DNA of 64,000 nucleotides from NCBI GenBank assembly GCA_036397995.1, contig DASWHX010000046.1:14763-78762 (forward strand). The letters run 5' to 3'. How positions within the stretch are numbered: the first letter of the stretch is position 1; each line of letters starts with the position of its first letter. This document shows positions 63,833-64,000 of this stretch, piece by piece. The position numbers and the translations under genes were made by a program. The notes beneath the pieces are model-generated. The model was given only the letters and a program-made list of their open reading frames with translations. It had not been told where the DNA came from and did not search any database. The stretch comes from Cyclobacteriaceae bacterium. Its GTDB lineage: Bacteria > Bacteroidota > Bacteroidia > Cytophagales > Cyclobacteriaceae.

Positions 63833-64000
63833 TCATTTTTCTGCAGTGAAGATGAATCCTCTGGCTTCGTCGCCATTGTAGAAATCAACCTGTTGGCCAG
63901 CCAGATAAAGAGTTGATTTTTTTTCAATGTAAATTCTAATGCCTTCCAGTTCAAATTCATCATCTTGGTCCTTCTTCCTGTCGAACCCTAATAAAAAAGA
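63833..64000 (-). CDS. 3' portion of a window-truncated CDS, HesB/IscA-like fold without the C-terminal Cys motif
   Basis: Hand translation of the minus strand gives ...GFDRKKDQDDEFELEGIRIYIEKKSTLYLAGQQVDFYNGDEARGFIFTAEK*. This aligns by eye with the IscA region ...[25 protein letters not shown]...GFKFTNPN but stops before the CGCG motif. Confidence 0.4.
   Translation of the reverse strand, partial: SFLLGFDRKKDQDDEFELEGIRIYIEKKSTLYLAGQQVDFYNGDEARGFIFTAEK

Overview
This window is an AT-rich chromosomal core region with Bacteroidota hallmarks. These include the gene order tRNA-Tyr/Gly/Thr, tuf, tRNA-Trp, secE, nusG, rplKAJL, rpoBC. There are also TAnnTTTG-type promoter boxes, almost no Shine-Dalgarno sequences and a T9SS C-terminal sorting domain protein. 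About half of the window (2.7-34.2 kb) is translation and transcription machinery: rpoB/rpoC, then rpsL-rpsG-fusA-rpsJ, and the S10/spc/alpha ribosomal protein genes through rpoA-rplQ. rpmD and rpmJ are missing from the ORF track and were recovered by hand. The remainder is housekeeping metabolism and envelope genes. These are carA, eno, an aroA-aroB-DAHP synthase/chorismate mutase cluster, proline dehydrogenase, lysS, an LptD-like OMP, an amidase, MlaD, two acyl-CoA carboxyltransferases, divIVA and folB. I see no prophage, CRISPR array, toxin-antitoxin pair, defence island or transposase. The one accessory-looking signal is a pair of same-orientation 115/130-nt long-hairpin repeats at 59884-59998 and 62588-62717. 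They have GGTAG...CTACC inverted ends and 8-nt direct-repeat flanks, and they bracket a three-gene module (orphan HlyD-type adaptor lipoprotein, PRX-like redoxin, Sfp-type PPTase). A truncated extra left end lies nearby. A second recurring signal is an extended promoter/leader motif, TAnnTTTGCA-CC(C)-W4-6-GGG, in front of five translation-apparatus transcription units. All other findings are low-interest lineage-typical details. All product calls rest on recognising the translated sequences by eye; no database search was run.
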